Shown in pieces: positions 38,172 to 57,600 of a stretch of 64,000 nt of DNA (within the stretch, counting starts at the first letter, position 1; every line of letters starts with the position of its first letter). The stretch is from Paraspadella gotoi (Eukaryota > Animalia > Chaetognatha), in assembly GCA_051294375.1 (NCBI GenBank), contig CM119268.1, forward strand, positions 5,957,525 to 6,021,524, read 5' to 3'. Below the pieces are notes generated by a model, which did no database searches, had not been told where the DNA came from, and saw nothing but the letters and a program-made list of their open reading frames with translations. The position numbers were made by a program, and so were the translations under genes.

Positions 38172-39941
38172 ATGTCTGAATCCGAAGCGAAAGACGCCTT
38201 CATCATCTTTGACGAAGCCTACGAGGGCAACGATGTCGACGCCTTTTATCTGGGTAAGTTTGGGGTAAGGTTGGTCTAAAGTTTGGTAAAAACAATTCGG
38301 AGTAAGGTTGGGTTAAATTTGGGCCAAGATGGGATAGGTAAGGTTAATGAAAAGGATTGGGGTCGCATTGATTTAATTTGTCGTCCAACTAATCGTTTTA
38401 ATTTAACATAAAACATTTAGCAAATTCTTTGAATACTCTCATGAAACGTCAACATTTTTCTTCAGTATAAATTTATATTCTATTTTGCATAACGCAATAT
38501 TAGATTTCATTCGTTATTATTATTATTATTTTTTTTATTTCAATATTTTACTTCAAACTAAATTAAAGTTGCAATTTAAAAGGATAAATGAAAAATGATT
38601 GTTAATGAAAAGTAATACTATTGGCAACAAACAGCAAATAATGAAAAAAATATTAAAAGAATCTATATACCGTCAAAATATTAATATGTGGCCGGTTTTG
38701 AATAAAAAGAAGCAATGATAATAATAATAATAATAATAATATTAGGTTATGGTGAGAATGGATAATGTTTATTTAAATAATCATATTTGGTTATTAAATA
38801 CATACATAATTTATAAATAATTCATAAATAATGTTAATTTAGTGTAAGGTAAAACGTTTAAAAGTGTCTGTTTAAGAGGGAGACATAGAGATAGAGAGGG
38901 AGAGACAATAAACAATTAAAGATTGAGTTCCTAAATTCATTTGAATTTTGTAAAAAAAAAAATAATAAAAATGAACTTAGACAAATTATAAATATCTGGT
39001 GATTTACGAAAAAAAAAAAAACTTGTAACAAAAACCGAACATTGAATTAAAACCGACTTGAATAAAAAAGAATTTTTAACAAAAATCTTAAATTCAACCG
39101 ACGTATATAAAACGCAATGACGTCCGTCAACAAACAACCCAAACCTGATCCAGGCGACATTCTCCGCGCTCTCGGTTGCAACGTGACCAACGCCAAAGTC
39201 GTCGAAGTCGGCGGCGCTGAGGAATTGGGACAGAAGAGAATCACCTTCGACGATTTCAAGCCACTCTTCGCCAACGTCAAGGCTGACCTGTCCTCTACCG
39301 GTGTCAAGGAGGATTACATTGAGGGCTTGAAGGTTGACTCTTTATACATCTATCTGTCTTATCTATCTTATCTATCTATCTATCAATATGTTTATCTATC
39401 TATCTATTTCTCTTTATCTCTCTCTCTCTCTTACCTCCCTTTTTTTTTCTTTTTTTCTCTCTCTTTCTTTCTACATTGAAGACTTGAAAGTTACTTTTTA
39501 TACTTCTATCTATCGGTCTATCTATCAATCTGTCTATCTATCTATCTATCTATTAATCTATCTAATCTATCTATTTCTCTTTATCTCTCTAATCTATCTA
39601 TTTCTCTTTATCTCTCTTTCTCTTATCTCCCTTTCATTTCTATTTTTCTCTCTCTTTCTTCCTATTCTCGTCGATAATTTTTATTACAACTTTTCTTTAA
39701 TTTTTAACTTCTTTCTATTTTCACTTTTCCTTATATCTTTCCAATTCACACTCTATCCCGACTTCTCTTCTTGGTTCTCTATTTTACCTTTACCTCTCTA
39801 TTTCCCCCTCTAGGTCTTCGACAAAGAGGGAACCGGCAAGGTGCCCATCGCTGAAGTCCAAAATGTCCTCTGCTCTTTGGGCGAGAAGTTGGAGCAGAAC
39901 GATGCTACCAAGTTGTGCGAGCTCCTTAACATTGTTGAGGT

Positions 39942-39996
<55 letters not shown>

Positions 39997-40203
39997 GTGG
40001 GTAATAAACAATGCAAGTCTGATTTTTTTGTAATAATTTTCTTTAGAAGTAATTTGAAATGTCCTTTCAGAAAAAACAATTTTACACTTTGGGAAAATTG
40101 ATGATTGTCACCAATCAACTGTCCATTTTTGTATCCACAGGACGAAGAGGGCATGATTGGCTACATGGACTTCATCGACAAGCTTCTGGCTGCCACTGCT
40201 TAA
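38172..40203 (+). CDS. Myosin essential (alkali) light chain, 149 aa, 4 exons
   Basis: Exons 38172-38253, 39154-39332, 39814-39939 and 40141-40203, all GT-AG and in phase. The protein reads MSESEAKDAFIIFD..VDAFYLGDILRALGCNVTN..EDYIEGLKVFDKEGTGKV..LCSLGEKL..DEEGMIGYMDFI, the EF-hand pattern of invertebrate essential light chains. Confidence 0.92.
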
Positions 40204-40899
40204 GTCTCGGTTCCACTAAAAAAACAAAAGACTTTCTCCCGGGCAAGCTTCGCCTAATTACCACAAGAAGGCTCGGCTCGTCTCTTATGAGAAACAAAAG
40301 ATTTAAATGGACAAGCTTCCTCCGTCCACCGCTTGAGGTCTCGGCTTGTCCCACAGAAGCCTCGGATTTTCGAGTCTCAAAACAAAAGGCCTTCGGTTGA
40401 ACGGATTGGATTATTACGCACGGATTCATTATTAATTTATAATTATCTCGAGTTTCCTAAATTATATTTCAAAACTGTTTCTTTTCTTAGTTTTTTTATT
40501 TTCATTCGATTCTATGTAAAATGGTTTCGAGATAAATTAACTTTGAAAAATACAAATTCGTTATTTTCTCAAAAACGTGATGATTTTTCTTCTTGTCACT
40601 TTATCAAAATATTTCGTCTCCTTAAAAACAGTCGAGTTAAATTTCTCATCTACTTTTAAGTTTTTCCCAACTTTTTATCATTTTTTCTTTTTTCTTTGAA
40701 AAATTTAAAACTCAACACCAATTTCCTTCCTGAAAAAAAGACCAAAAAAAATAAAAGAAAAACTGTTTTTAAAAAAAAATAAAATGGAGGACGGAGAGAA
40801 GAAATCGAACAGGGTTCGTTAATTTAGGCAAATGCATACATAGAGTACAGATTAGTTTAGGAGTTAAAACAAATCATTCGGAAGCTTTAGTTTGATAGC

Positions 40900-41012
40900 C
40901 TTATGGTGGACTAAAATCCACCAACCGTTCATCAGCGGCCATTGGTGCCAGAGGCAAGTCATTCGCCTCCCAACCCAAAGGTCCGGGTTTCTAACCCGGT
41001 GGTCGCCTAGCA
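40900..41012 (+). mobile_element. tRNA(Gly)-like SINE, family A copy
   Basis: A box tggtgccagagg (40943), Gly-like anticodon arm ttcgcctcccaa, and B-box-like gggtttctaacc (40985). Two further copies lie in the window. Confidence 0.72.
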
Positions 41013-42341
41013 GATAAGAGGGACGGTGCGCTGAACCCGCCTCTAATATGACGACTTCGAACTTCTGGCAAAAATTACTGACTCTTTTTTGAAATTTATA
41101 AATATTAAAAAGAGTTTGAATTATTTCAAGCAACGATTTATTTTCGAACAATGGACACGTTTCGATGAAGACGAAAATATGCCCATTATTCAAAACTAAA
41201 TCGTTTTTTTGAAATAATTCAAACTCTTTTTAATTTCAAAACGCGACGAAAGAAAGGATTTCACATAAATAAATATAAATTATTTTTCGCTTCATAAACA
41301 AAATCCGCTATCTTCAATGAACGACGACGACGACGACGACGACGACAGAGACGGTCGGCGGAGAAGGAGACAAAAGAAGGAGAAATTCAAGAAGAAGAAG
41401 ACGAAGAAAGATACGAGGGGGAAGAACAAGGTTGTCTTTGTTGACGTCGTTGTCATAGAAACCAGAGATTTTAAGTGGTTCACATGTCTTTCCATGTCTT
41501 TCCACGTCTTCAGTTTTCGATGCCGAAGCTCAAATAATAGAAGAAAATAACTGCGTAGCCGAAAATAATGAAGGTTTTTGCAATTTACTTGTATCAATTA
41601 CTGATTCGTTCATTCGTTCATTCATTCATGGAGTCTTTCTTTCATTTATTAGTTGAGTAATTTTTTCACTCATTTACTCATTCATTCATTGATTTATTCT
41701 TTCATTAATTAATTTATTGAGTCATTCTTTCATTCTTTTACTCATTCATTCATTCATCTATTATTCATTGAGTCAGTCATTCATTCATTTACTTATTCAT
41801 TCACTTATTCATTTATTCATTTTTTCATTTATTCTTTGTGTCATTCTTTTTTTTTGTTTACTTATTCATTCATGCATTCATTCATTAAATCATTCACTCA
41901 TTCTTTTATCTATTCGTTCATTCATTCAGTCGTTCAAACATCATTTCATTTTTTTCGTTCATTTTCGTGGATAGTCTATCAATATTTCATTCGTTCCTTC
42001 AATAATTTAGCCGTACTTTTAAATTCCTACATTCATTTATTGATTAATTTATTCATCAGTCCATTCATTCGTTCGTTCGTTCGTTCATTTGATCCCTTTC
42101 AGCAGGGCACTCCGTCTCCTCCACGAGGGAGAAGAGGTCGGAGGAAGAAGAAGAGGAGGAAGATGAGGAGGAGGAGGAAGAGGGAACAAAGACATCGACG
42201 ACGACAGTGGGAAGAGTAGAGGGAGGAGGAGGAGGAGGGGAGGAGGAGATCCCTGTTTGGAAGAAGAAGATTGTGGAAAAGAAAAGGGAGGAAATGGTGA
42301 ACATGAGTGGAGGAAAGGAAAGAAAGGAGGGAAAAAAATTA

Positions 42342-42424
<83 letters not shown>

Positions 42425-43896
42425 GTGTAAGTTAAAAGACTACATTAAGAAAGTTAAGAAAAGAAAGAAAGAAAAGATAGGAAGAAAGGAAGAAAAGGGA
42501 GAAAAGAAAGGGGAGGCGGAAAAGAAATAAAAGAAAGGTATCAATATTAAAAAGGAATGAAATATTTGAAATATTTGAATATTAATTGGAAAACTAAATC
42601 ATTATTAAAACTTATTAAAAGTATTATACTAAAACCGTAAAATAAGACTACTATGAAAACCGTATCAAAAGATATGAGAAATGATCTAAACTGCTACAAT
42701 ATGTAAATGGAGTTGAAGAACTCAATCTCATTTGAAATGAACCACAAATCTTTCTGATACAAAGTAAATGGGGAAAAAAAAATAAAAGTACATTTTTTTC
42801 AATAATTTTTTGTCAGTAATTTATTAATTCACATGCCTTAAATTTGAATTTTTGTGGTTTCCTCTTTTTATTCTAAATTACTGAGCTCACCCTTCTGATT
42901 CTTATCCCGTACCCCACCTCTGGCTCACTGCCTCCACCCACCCTCCTACCCTCGTCGACTTCCGCCGTCGCTACTTCGACCTGCTCCAACACCCGCGGGT
43001 CGTAGGAGCGACAGCAAAAGGAACGAGAACTCTGGGATCGGATGCCCGAATGGAAACGAAAGCTGTTGGAGGGAAAGATTTCTAGAGACAGAAATTTGGA
43101 AGAGAAGCAGGATTGGTGAGGGAGGGAAGGATTTGGTGAAGGATAGGGGAGGATTTATGGGTCGAGTAGGTGGGACATAGGGAAGGATTTGGTGGAGAAA
43201 AGGGGTAGATTTGGTAGAGGAGAAGGGGGAAATTTGGGAGTTTGATTTGGTAAAGGGGAGGGAAGGATTTAAGGCTGGATTTGATGGAGCAGTCGGGGAG
43301 AGAAGGGAAGGATTTATGACTGGATTTGGTGGAGCAATCGGAAAGAGAAGGGAAGGATTTGTTAAGGACGGGGAATGAGAGGCAAGGATTTATAATGAAT
43401 GGGATTTAAGCATTAATTTTTTTGCCTTAATAATAATAAAAACCATTTTTATACATGAATTAACTAGTTATTAGCTTGAATTAAACTTTGATTTAGTCCT
43501 GAGTTTAGTCTTAATTTATGACCTAATTTAAACTTTTTATAACTTTAATTAAACTCTGATTGAGCTCGAAATTTAACCCTTTCATCTCAGCCCTAATCTA
43601 ATACGTTTGTAAGCCTGACTTCGGCTTTAATTTAAATTAATCTAAATTAATTAAATTAAATTATATTAAATTTAAATCAGGCTTCAAGTGACTCCTCCGT
43701 CGCCAGGCGAAATTTCGCCTGAAACGAGCGCCAGATTCTGGGGCGTGACTCTCAAGAAGACGTCGCGCGAGGCCTTCGTGCCAGGCGGCGTAGCGGGCGT
43801 GGCAGGCGGCGTGACAGGAGGCGTACGCGGGCATGGCGGGCGGCGTGGCGGGCGGTGGAGGCGGAGAAGGCGGAAACGAAGAGGAAGTAGTCGCCG

Positions 43897-43975
<79 letters not shown>

Positions 43976-44166
43976 GGAGAGAGAAGGGGGGGGAAGAAGG
44001 GGGAGGAATATACAGGGAGAGAGGAGATGACATAACGTGGGAAGAGAGAGAGGGAGACGTTACCGAGCGAGGTCATTCGATCGAAAATCTGTTGTCGTTG
44101 TTCACTTATCGATTTTTCGATGTCAACAATGAAGAGACTTCTAAAGTTTACCCTCTTCGTCGTCGG

Positions 44167-44208
<42 letters not shown>

Positions 44209-44623
44209 CTACATTCTTCTTTCCGATGGATATTTTTTTTTGTTTTGAATGAAAAACTGATCTGTTTTCTTTTTTGTTTTTTAAAATAAAGAATTCTACT
44301 TCGACAAAACAGATTCTTACTTTCTTTTTGTATAGGTTTTTTTAGAATATCAAATTAAATACAGTAGTCCATGGATATCATCCTATTCTGAAAACGAAAA
44401 CTCGATGCGTCTTTTGTTTTCTCCGGTTTCTTCTTTCTTTTTTCTTCTTTTTTATTTCTTCTTTCTTTTTTTCTTCTTTCGTTTATTTCCAAATCGGCTC
44501 AGGGCCAACTCGGCTCCCGGTCGGAGCGGCAGCGTATCACCGACTCGGCAGAGCAGCGAGACGCAGCTGGATACAGTGGAGAAACCGCAATAACTGTTTT
44601 CCTGTTTTCTCTCTCTCTCTCTC

Positions 44624-44678
<55 letters not shown>

Positions 44679-45130
44679 TCTTCTCTCTCTCTCTCTCTCC
44701 TCTCTTTTCTCTGATCTGTATCCTGGACGATTAAAAAAGAAGGGCTGGGCTGATTCAGGTTAAAAAACGATTTTTTTTTCATTGTGACTTTAATTTTTTC
44801 CGTCGTTTGTGTATTTTATCATCTCTTCTTTTTAGTTTAAAGAGTAATTTAAAAAATACTCTTAATGAAACGGATCAATTACTACAAAAGCGGAAATGCC
44901 AATGCCGATGCCAATGTTTCACGAAATGCATTAGTGACTTTGACGTAAAATCCTGAACTCGCTCCGTGATATTTGCTGAATAAATGCTGAATCAACCTTT
45001 GAAAGAGTTTGTCAAAAAGTTGAAATTAAAAACTCTTGTACCAAACTCGTTCGCTCAAATCAACAACCCGACATTGAATAAATAATCATTTTATTTTCGC
45101 GTCAAAGAAAAAAAGTCTTGACAATTTAAC

Positions 45131-50140
<5,010 letters not shown>

Positions 50141-50144
<4 letters not shown>

Positions 50145-50270
50145 TTGGCTGAACGCTCTTGGTGGGAAAAACCCTGATTGGCTGAAAGCTCTTGGCGGGA
50201 AAAACGTTTATGGGTGAAAGCCCTTGGCGGGAAAAACGCTGATTGGCCAACTACCCTTTCGCCGAAAAAA
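50141..50270. repeat. ~33-bp tandem repeat carrying CCAAT-box and E2F-like motifs
   Basis: ctgattgg at 50141, 50174 and 50239; ttggcgggaaaa at 50192 and 50224. Confidence 0.75.
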
Positions 50271-51651
50271 AATACATATTGGCTTGGGGTGTCTTTGGTC
50301 AATAAGCGCTGATCTGCTCCAGCTTTTTTCTACGAATAAACTATGTACAGTGATACAACGAGTTTTAATTTGTTGCCTTCGAAATGTTGTTCAGCGCAAT
50401 AAAAAACCCTGTATTATGTTGCAAATGTATAGTTAAATTGCGAGTTATGTCGCCCTGTTTGCCAGTTTTAGAGTAACTAAGAGTTAATGTATCACGATAC
50501 TGATTGATTCATTATTGGCCTATTGTTTCTCAAGAGTTGCCTTCTAAGAAAGTTTATATTTAATACACATATGTGACTTTTCCAGTGTATCTTTCACCCT
50601 TCATTTTTGCTTAACTTGCGCTCTTTGTCTTTTTTTTAAAGATTTTTTTAAAAAGAATACTATAAATGTAGAGACGATTTAGCTGGGCCTTGCCTAAAAA
50701 CCTTCTTCCTTTTTCTTCTTATGACCACTCAAGGATCCCTTGGTCTCATCGACCAACTGTAGTACCTAACCAACCCCTATTTCTTTGACTCCACTCTTTT
50801 GTATTCACGATAAGGCAAGAGAGTTATTTGGTAAGGCTTTGGTAAGTCGCTACTTTTTAATGTCTGACCTCCGTGGTTTCACTAGTCTAATAAATTGGTT
50901 CGAATCTCTAATAATTCCAGAATAAAATTATCTTTTTTGCCTTGAATGTTACTGTGATATCCTAATAATAATTGAATAAATATAAACATTCTAGAAACAA
51001 AAAATAAAATTTGGTAAAATGTGTCTAAGGCCATGAGATACTTTTTTTTATAATTTAGAGTAATAACTAATAATGATAGTTATCTTAAACTTTGGTATAT
51101 TCTTTGAAATTTATTTTCTCGGTGAATATATTTTTCTGTTGGGTGATCCGGATTTTCTGACAGATTTTTTTTTTTATTTCAAATAAAATATTTTCTTCAA
51201 AATTTCAAGCGTCTTTATTTTATTTCCACCACACTGTACATTTAAAAAAAAAAACAATTGCATTTTGGTTGCGTTGGTAAATTATCTGTCCAACATCAAA
51301 GGTAATGAATACATTCAGGTAGTAAAAAAAATTAATCTTAAACAGTTTAGGAGATTTACACATGAAACAAGTTTCATGTAAAAAAATCATTTTTGACAAA
51401 TTAAATTAAATTTGTTGAGGCGGAAAGATACCGCAAACTGCAAAAGGTAGACATAATAGACAAATACGATAAAATAATATAAAATATTATAAAAATACTG
51501 AGCTACCAAAGCTATGACTATGGAATGGATGATCAAATTTTAGAGAAAATCGTTAAAAAAAATTAATACTGACTTCAGATGCTTTCATTAGTTCTTAATT
51601 AGCTTTCTTTATTCAGACTTTTTTTTAAACATTTTTGACTTCATTTTTACT

Positions 51652-54298
51652 TCATTCCGACTTGGCTCTCTTCATTATCTCTCCGTCAATTATTCTCCTC
51701 TCGTGACGCAGAGAGTTTTTGACGAAGTTTGGCGTGTCGCTGATCCACCTATGAAGAAAATAAAATTAAGAAAATGTTTTTTAAAAAAAGATAAAGGAAT
51801 TATATCTGCAAAATTGAAAACAATCAAATTCAACTTTTTTAAAAACGTTTCTTGCGATTAAAATCACTATCATTATCACGAAAATAAAACATTATCATCA
51901 TCTGGTTTTAGATAATGTCATTCTCATTAGATTCTCATCATCATCATCATCATCATCTCATCGCAGGAAATGTTAGACCAAATGGTTTACCTTTCTTGGC
52001 TTTTCACAATGGTCAAAATGGTCATCAATAACATTATCATTATCGCTGTTTTAAATATCTTCATCACCATGATTATCGTCAGTCAAACTCATAATCATCG
52101 TGATCTTTATCATCATCATCATCATTATCATCATCATCATCACCTGGAGAAAAGATTCTTGGCCCAAATCATCGAATTTTGAAAAGCGACGACGAAAATG
52201 AATCTCATTCCCCAAATTTCCCAATAATATGCCGTCGGAAAATACCTTGTATGTAATATTAAAAAAGCAATGGTTCATAATTGACATATTTGACAATCAT
52301 TATTATTATTAAGTAAAAAAAGTAATTTTAAATCGAAGAGGCTGGGCATTGAAGTATGCATTGAGAGAGAAAGAAAGAGTGAGAGTCTAATATCTATCAC
52401 TCACTTGCTGTCCCCAGCTTCGGGTCCGTATCTGTAATCGCTGTAGTAACAAATTCCTCCGGGTGGTGGCGTCGGCTCCACGGAGACGTCAGGCGCGGAT
52501 CCGTTTCTGTAATCGGCGACGTCAAAACGAGAGAGAGTAGAGGCGACGTAACCCGTGAGATTCCCGGCAGGTGGATGACGGCTCGTGGCGCCGAAGCCTT
52601 CGGAAGGTTGAGGGAATGCGGGAGGGAAGGACGTGACGTCGATTAGAAAATTCGTCGTTTAAGTTATAGGGCTCTATTTTCCGAAAGCTCCCAATTCCCG
52701 TTCCTTAATCCACGAAAATAAAGTACTTATATTCTAATTTTAATACCGTTCCATTAACTAGATTGCTATCATTCAATTCTAACACCTTTCAACTCATGTC
52801 TACACCACGCCCTTACGCCTTAACCCTTAACCCCCACGCTTTCCCAGAGCCCCTCAACAGCTTTCCCCTACCACAGACCTGTCCCGCTGTCCACGAACTG
52901 GTACAAAGCCCTTGGAATGACCTCCGTCGTGAAGGCGATGATGCAGGCGTTGACGAGAACGGTGAGGGATGCCAACGACTCCAGCACCACCATCCATACG
53001 CCGATGTTGCGGGCGGGGACTGCGAAGGGACGGCGGGTGGAGTGAAGAAGCTGTTCGGGGGGTGGAGGAGAGGGAAAAGGGGGTAGAGAGGGAGAGAGGG
53101 AGAGAGGGAGAGAGGGAGGGGGAAAGAAGAGGGGAGAGAAATGAAATTGGTACAACTAATATAAAAATGATCCATTTATTTAATAAATAAGCTATCTTGC
53201 CCCTGACTTTGGACAGGCTTTAATGGGTTAAAGCCTCCGTAACTCTTGCAAGATAATAACACAATATCCTGCCAGCTTTAAATCAAGACTTTCTCGAAAT
53301 GCGAAGAATGGAGGAAAAAAAGAGTAAGAAGATGGGAGTGGAAGAAAGAGAAGAGTAAGAGAACAATTTTAAAAGTTATTGTGGGTTTTTGGATAAGGCA
53401 AAAAAAATGAGCAGAAGACATTTCCCGTGACTTCTCTTACTCCCTCACGCAGCGACGTTACGGGTCTTCGTGTAGAAGGTTTTGAACCAGTGTGGCAGTT
53501 ATTAAAGAGACGCGAGCTCCTCAATTGAGCTGACGGGAGTCCTTACGATTATTGGTCGCAACCCGGTTGTGAATGAACCCGGTAATTTTTGATCGCTCGG
53601 TAATGGCTTTACAAAAGGAGCCAGGTCAGGTCAGGTCAGGTCACGACTAATGAAGGGATATTTAATTGCGAGGTGAACCCTCGACAATGACTGAGTGAGA
53701 AGGAATAATTTTCGGCTATGGTTCTTGATCTGATAAGGTCGCGTGTTGTTGCTGCCACATGCTACTTTTATTTTCGTATTTTGTGCCAATTGTAATGGCG
53801 GGCTACAGATGCTTCTTTGTGAATCGATACCGGGCTCATGATAATGCCATGTTACATCAGGTCATTATCGCTGTCACTTTGTCGATTTATCGCAATGAAT
53901 ACAAAAAAATGAATTTGTCCGTGATTATCATTTCATTTTAAACAACTCGACTTTATTCTCGACACATTAGCCTCGATTTTCCTTCCCTACTTTTTTATCC
54001 TCCATCCCATATCCCTCCCTCCCCTTCATACCTTATTAGCGTCGACCCTGACTTCCAATATGTTGTTGATGAGCGCCACCAGCGGCGCCAACGGAAACGC
54101 CGCCACGAACAGCGTCACGAAACCGAATTGAATGACGAGTTCCAGGTATTCGTCGAAAACGAATCCCGTAGATTTGACTCCAGTTAAGTAAAAGTCTTTT
54201 TTCCACGAGGGATCTGTCGGTTTGGGGCCTTCGAGGGGGGGGGTGGGAGAAAAGAGGGGGTTGGTTGGTTGCTTTCTTTCTTTCTTTCTTTCTTTCTG

Positions 54299-54338
<40 letters not shown>

Positions 54339-54573
54339 TATTTCTCTCTATATTTCTATTTCTTTCTATCATTCTTTCTTTCTCTCTTTTTAGCTTTCTT
54401 ATTTTCTCTATTTTTTTCTTTCCTTGTTTCTTTCTCTCCATTTTTATTTCTTTCTTTCTATCTTTTTTCTTTCTTTCTTTTTTATCTTTATTCTTTTATA
54501 TCCTTATTTTTTTTCCTTTCTTTTTTGTTCTTTTTTTCTTTGTTTCTGAAATCTTCTTCCCCAAAACTGATGA

Positions 54574-54612
<39 letters not shown>

Positions 54613-57600
54613 GTCTCCCCACCTCACCTCTCTCTTTCCAAAAGCGTCCCTTTATCATCGCTATCAGCGTCGGCATCATATATTCTATCACAACTCCTTG
54701 AATGAGATTTTTCCCGACCATGATGATGATGAGTTGAATCGTCAGTTCGATGAAGCAGCCACCGACGTCGCACTCTTCTTGTTGAAACCCGATGAAGGCT
54801 TTGTTGGATCGGGGCGTGTCGGGGAGCTTGCCTGGGAAAGAGATTGCTTGGTTGATTGCTTGGTTCCTGGTTAGGTGACTCGACCGACTGACTGGAAGGC
54901 TCGGTAGCAGACAAGGAGGGTTGCTTGTTGGGTTTGAATGAGGGATTGGTGAATGTTACTCTCATTTGACTCTAAACTAATTGATGCACGAATTGAATGA
55001 ATGAATGAATGAATGAATGAATGAATGAATGAATGAATGAATGAATGAATGAATGAATGAATAAATGAATAGATGAATAGAGGAAATAAATTTTAAGATC
55101 GCAGACGAACTACAAAATGTTGATATATCTTTGTTTATCTCAATCTTTCATCTTTGATATTTACCTTTAATAAATGCGATGTAGACTAGGGACGAATAAA
55201 AGTTAATGAATTGAAGGAGATAAATTTTGAAATGAAGAGAAGCATCGTGATCCGCTTGAGTTTTGAAATTTTCCAATTCCGTCAAAACGGCGGAGACCCA
55301 ACGATAGCTGAGGGCACAAAGACGGGCGGATTGATAATTGGGATTCTTCATTTATTTTGAATCAAAATTAAACTTTGAGTTTTAGGATGGAAAAAAAATT
55401 GGACACATTCACTCTCGTTACATCAGTGGAAACTCGGTGGCGTTGGAGGCAGCAATGTCTACTTCCTCCCCAACGGTTTTGGGTTCGAACCCCATTGCAG
55501 ACGATGTTAACAAGAGAAACTGGACGCTTTCCCGACTGTTTGTCTTTTTTCCCTTCCTATTCGCCCCCGGTATCAAATCAGCTTCGCAAGCTATCTTGCC
55601 CTTGACTTTAAATAGGTTATGGTGGGTTAAAGCCAGATGGCACAACCGTGCAAGCTTTCAATCATGATTCACAATACCTGGCTACCTAGTATCAATGATA
55701 AGGCACATGATGTTTTTTCTGAACTGTTTCAATTATAAAATTGACCTCTATTTTTAGTTTTATTATTATTTCAAATCTCGCGCTTTTAGTCAATTACGTT
55801 TATTTAAAACTCACATGAAGTTGAGAACGAAGATAATAACGAGGTTGATGCAAGCGGCCGAAGCTGAGATGATGAGTGAACGATAGCGGCGGAGGTAAGC
55901 GCCGTAGGTAGTGTCCTGTCGAGGGTAAGGTTATAAGTAAGGTCAGAAGCCGGTTAAGTGATGAAAGAAGAGGAAATAAAGGTAAGGGCTTTTAACCATT
56001 TTCTTAAAATAAAAAGAAAATTTTAAAAGAATCCGAATTAAAGAGAGGAAAGAGATTGTAATGTGAAGGAGATAAAATTATCTGGTATGGAGCTAAGAGA
56101 AATGAGGCACGTTTGGAAAATAGGGCCCAAAAAAGGAGTCGACCGATAAAAAGGGGGGGGGGTAAAAGGAGAGAAAAGAAATTAAAGACAAGAGGAGATA
56201 GAAAATTCTGAAATAAATCAAAGAGAAAAAAAAAGAATTGGTTTTTCCCCGGATTTATAAAAAAAAAAATTGAGAGGAAAATGCCGGAGAATCTAATTCT
56301 TTAATATTTGAAATTTAATTTTAAAACGTTTTTGTTTTTTTCATGCGAACGTTTAGTTCTTGAATCCTTCACATTACAGATTTACAAAGTGTGTATGCAT
56401 CTAACATAATCATTATTGAAATATCAATGCAAACGCAATCAGTTGATTGCATCATTTCCGAACGACGGAAATTAAATTTGTTAAAACTTACTTCGCCGTC
56501 CGCCTTAAAAAAAAATTATTAAAAAGATCGAATGTTAAATAACTAAAAAAAATTTCATATAGACCACTATCCCTTCTCAACTCTGTGTTGGAAACTTTGC
56601 CCTCTCTCTCTCTCTCTCTCTCTCTCACTCTTTCTTTATGCACATAATTTGTTTCAAATTCACTAACTTTTTAATGCTGATGAAGGCTTGTAGTTAAGCC
56701 GAAACATGTCCGTTTTTTATTAAAAATAAAATCGTTGTTGAAAATTCATTTCAAACTTCTCATATTTTTTTTCAAACTTAAATTAGATTTTTTAGAGTTC
56801 CTTGTTTACTTTTATCAGGTTTCGTAATGTGAATTTGACAACAACAACAACAACAACAACAACGACGACTGACCGGGTAGGCGGCGATCGCCGCTTGAAC
56901 GGCGACCCGGTATACGACGACTCCCAGTACGGCGGCGATGGAACAACAAATCATGAAGAAGATGAAAGCGAACGATAGACAAAAGGCGGGAACGCGCATC
57001 CGATAGAATGGATAATAGAGCTCTTCTTCACCCGTTAGCTTGTTCGACCGTCTACAGGGTAATCGGTACGAGTGGAGAAATCGGTTATGAGATTGAATAA
57101 TGAAACTGTCACTGGTGAAGAGATGAAATAATTGCTATGAGTTACTGATAGAGTTTTTCGATATAAGCAATCCCTGACATTCGGTTCCGGCTGTAACATC
57201 ACTAAACAAACGAGTTAAGAGCCCCGTCCACTTTAATTGCCAGGCGGAAACCGTGTTAGAACACCGAGCTTTTGTGTCGGGAGGCGAATGACTTGCCTCC
57301 TGACACCAGTCACCGCTGTGAACGATTGGTGTATTTTAAGTCACCGGATTAGCTCACTTGAAATTCCAGGTGTGCAGCTTGTTCACGTATTCCGGTCTCA
57401 GTTGACTGTCCTCTTTTTGATACTTCATCATTTGATGCCATCTAATCAATAAAATTTCACATTTTGAGCATCGGAAAAAAAATTAATTCATAGAACTCAA
57501 ACTTATCTTAAGTCAGAACTAAACTATCGAGAAATTATTTATAAATTATCAAGTTTCGAACCTAAACTGAAGTTTGCATTGCTGCCTCTTCCACAGCTCC

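Noticed and set aside
40935-41010. Functional tRNA-Gly gene
   Set aside because: The T-loop and stems are degenerate, and dispersed diverged copies share flanking sequence, which indicates a SINE.
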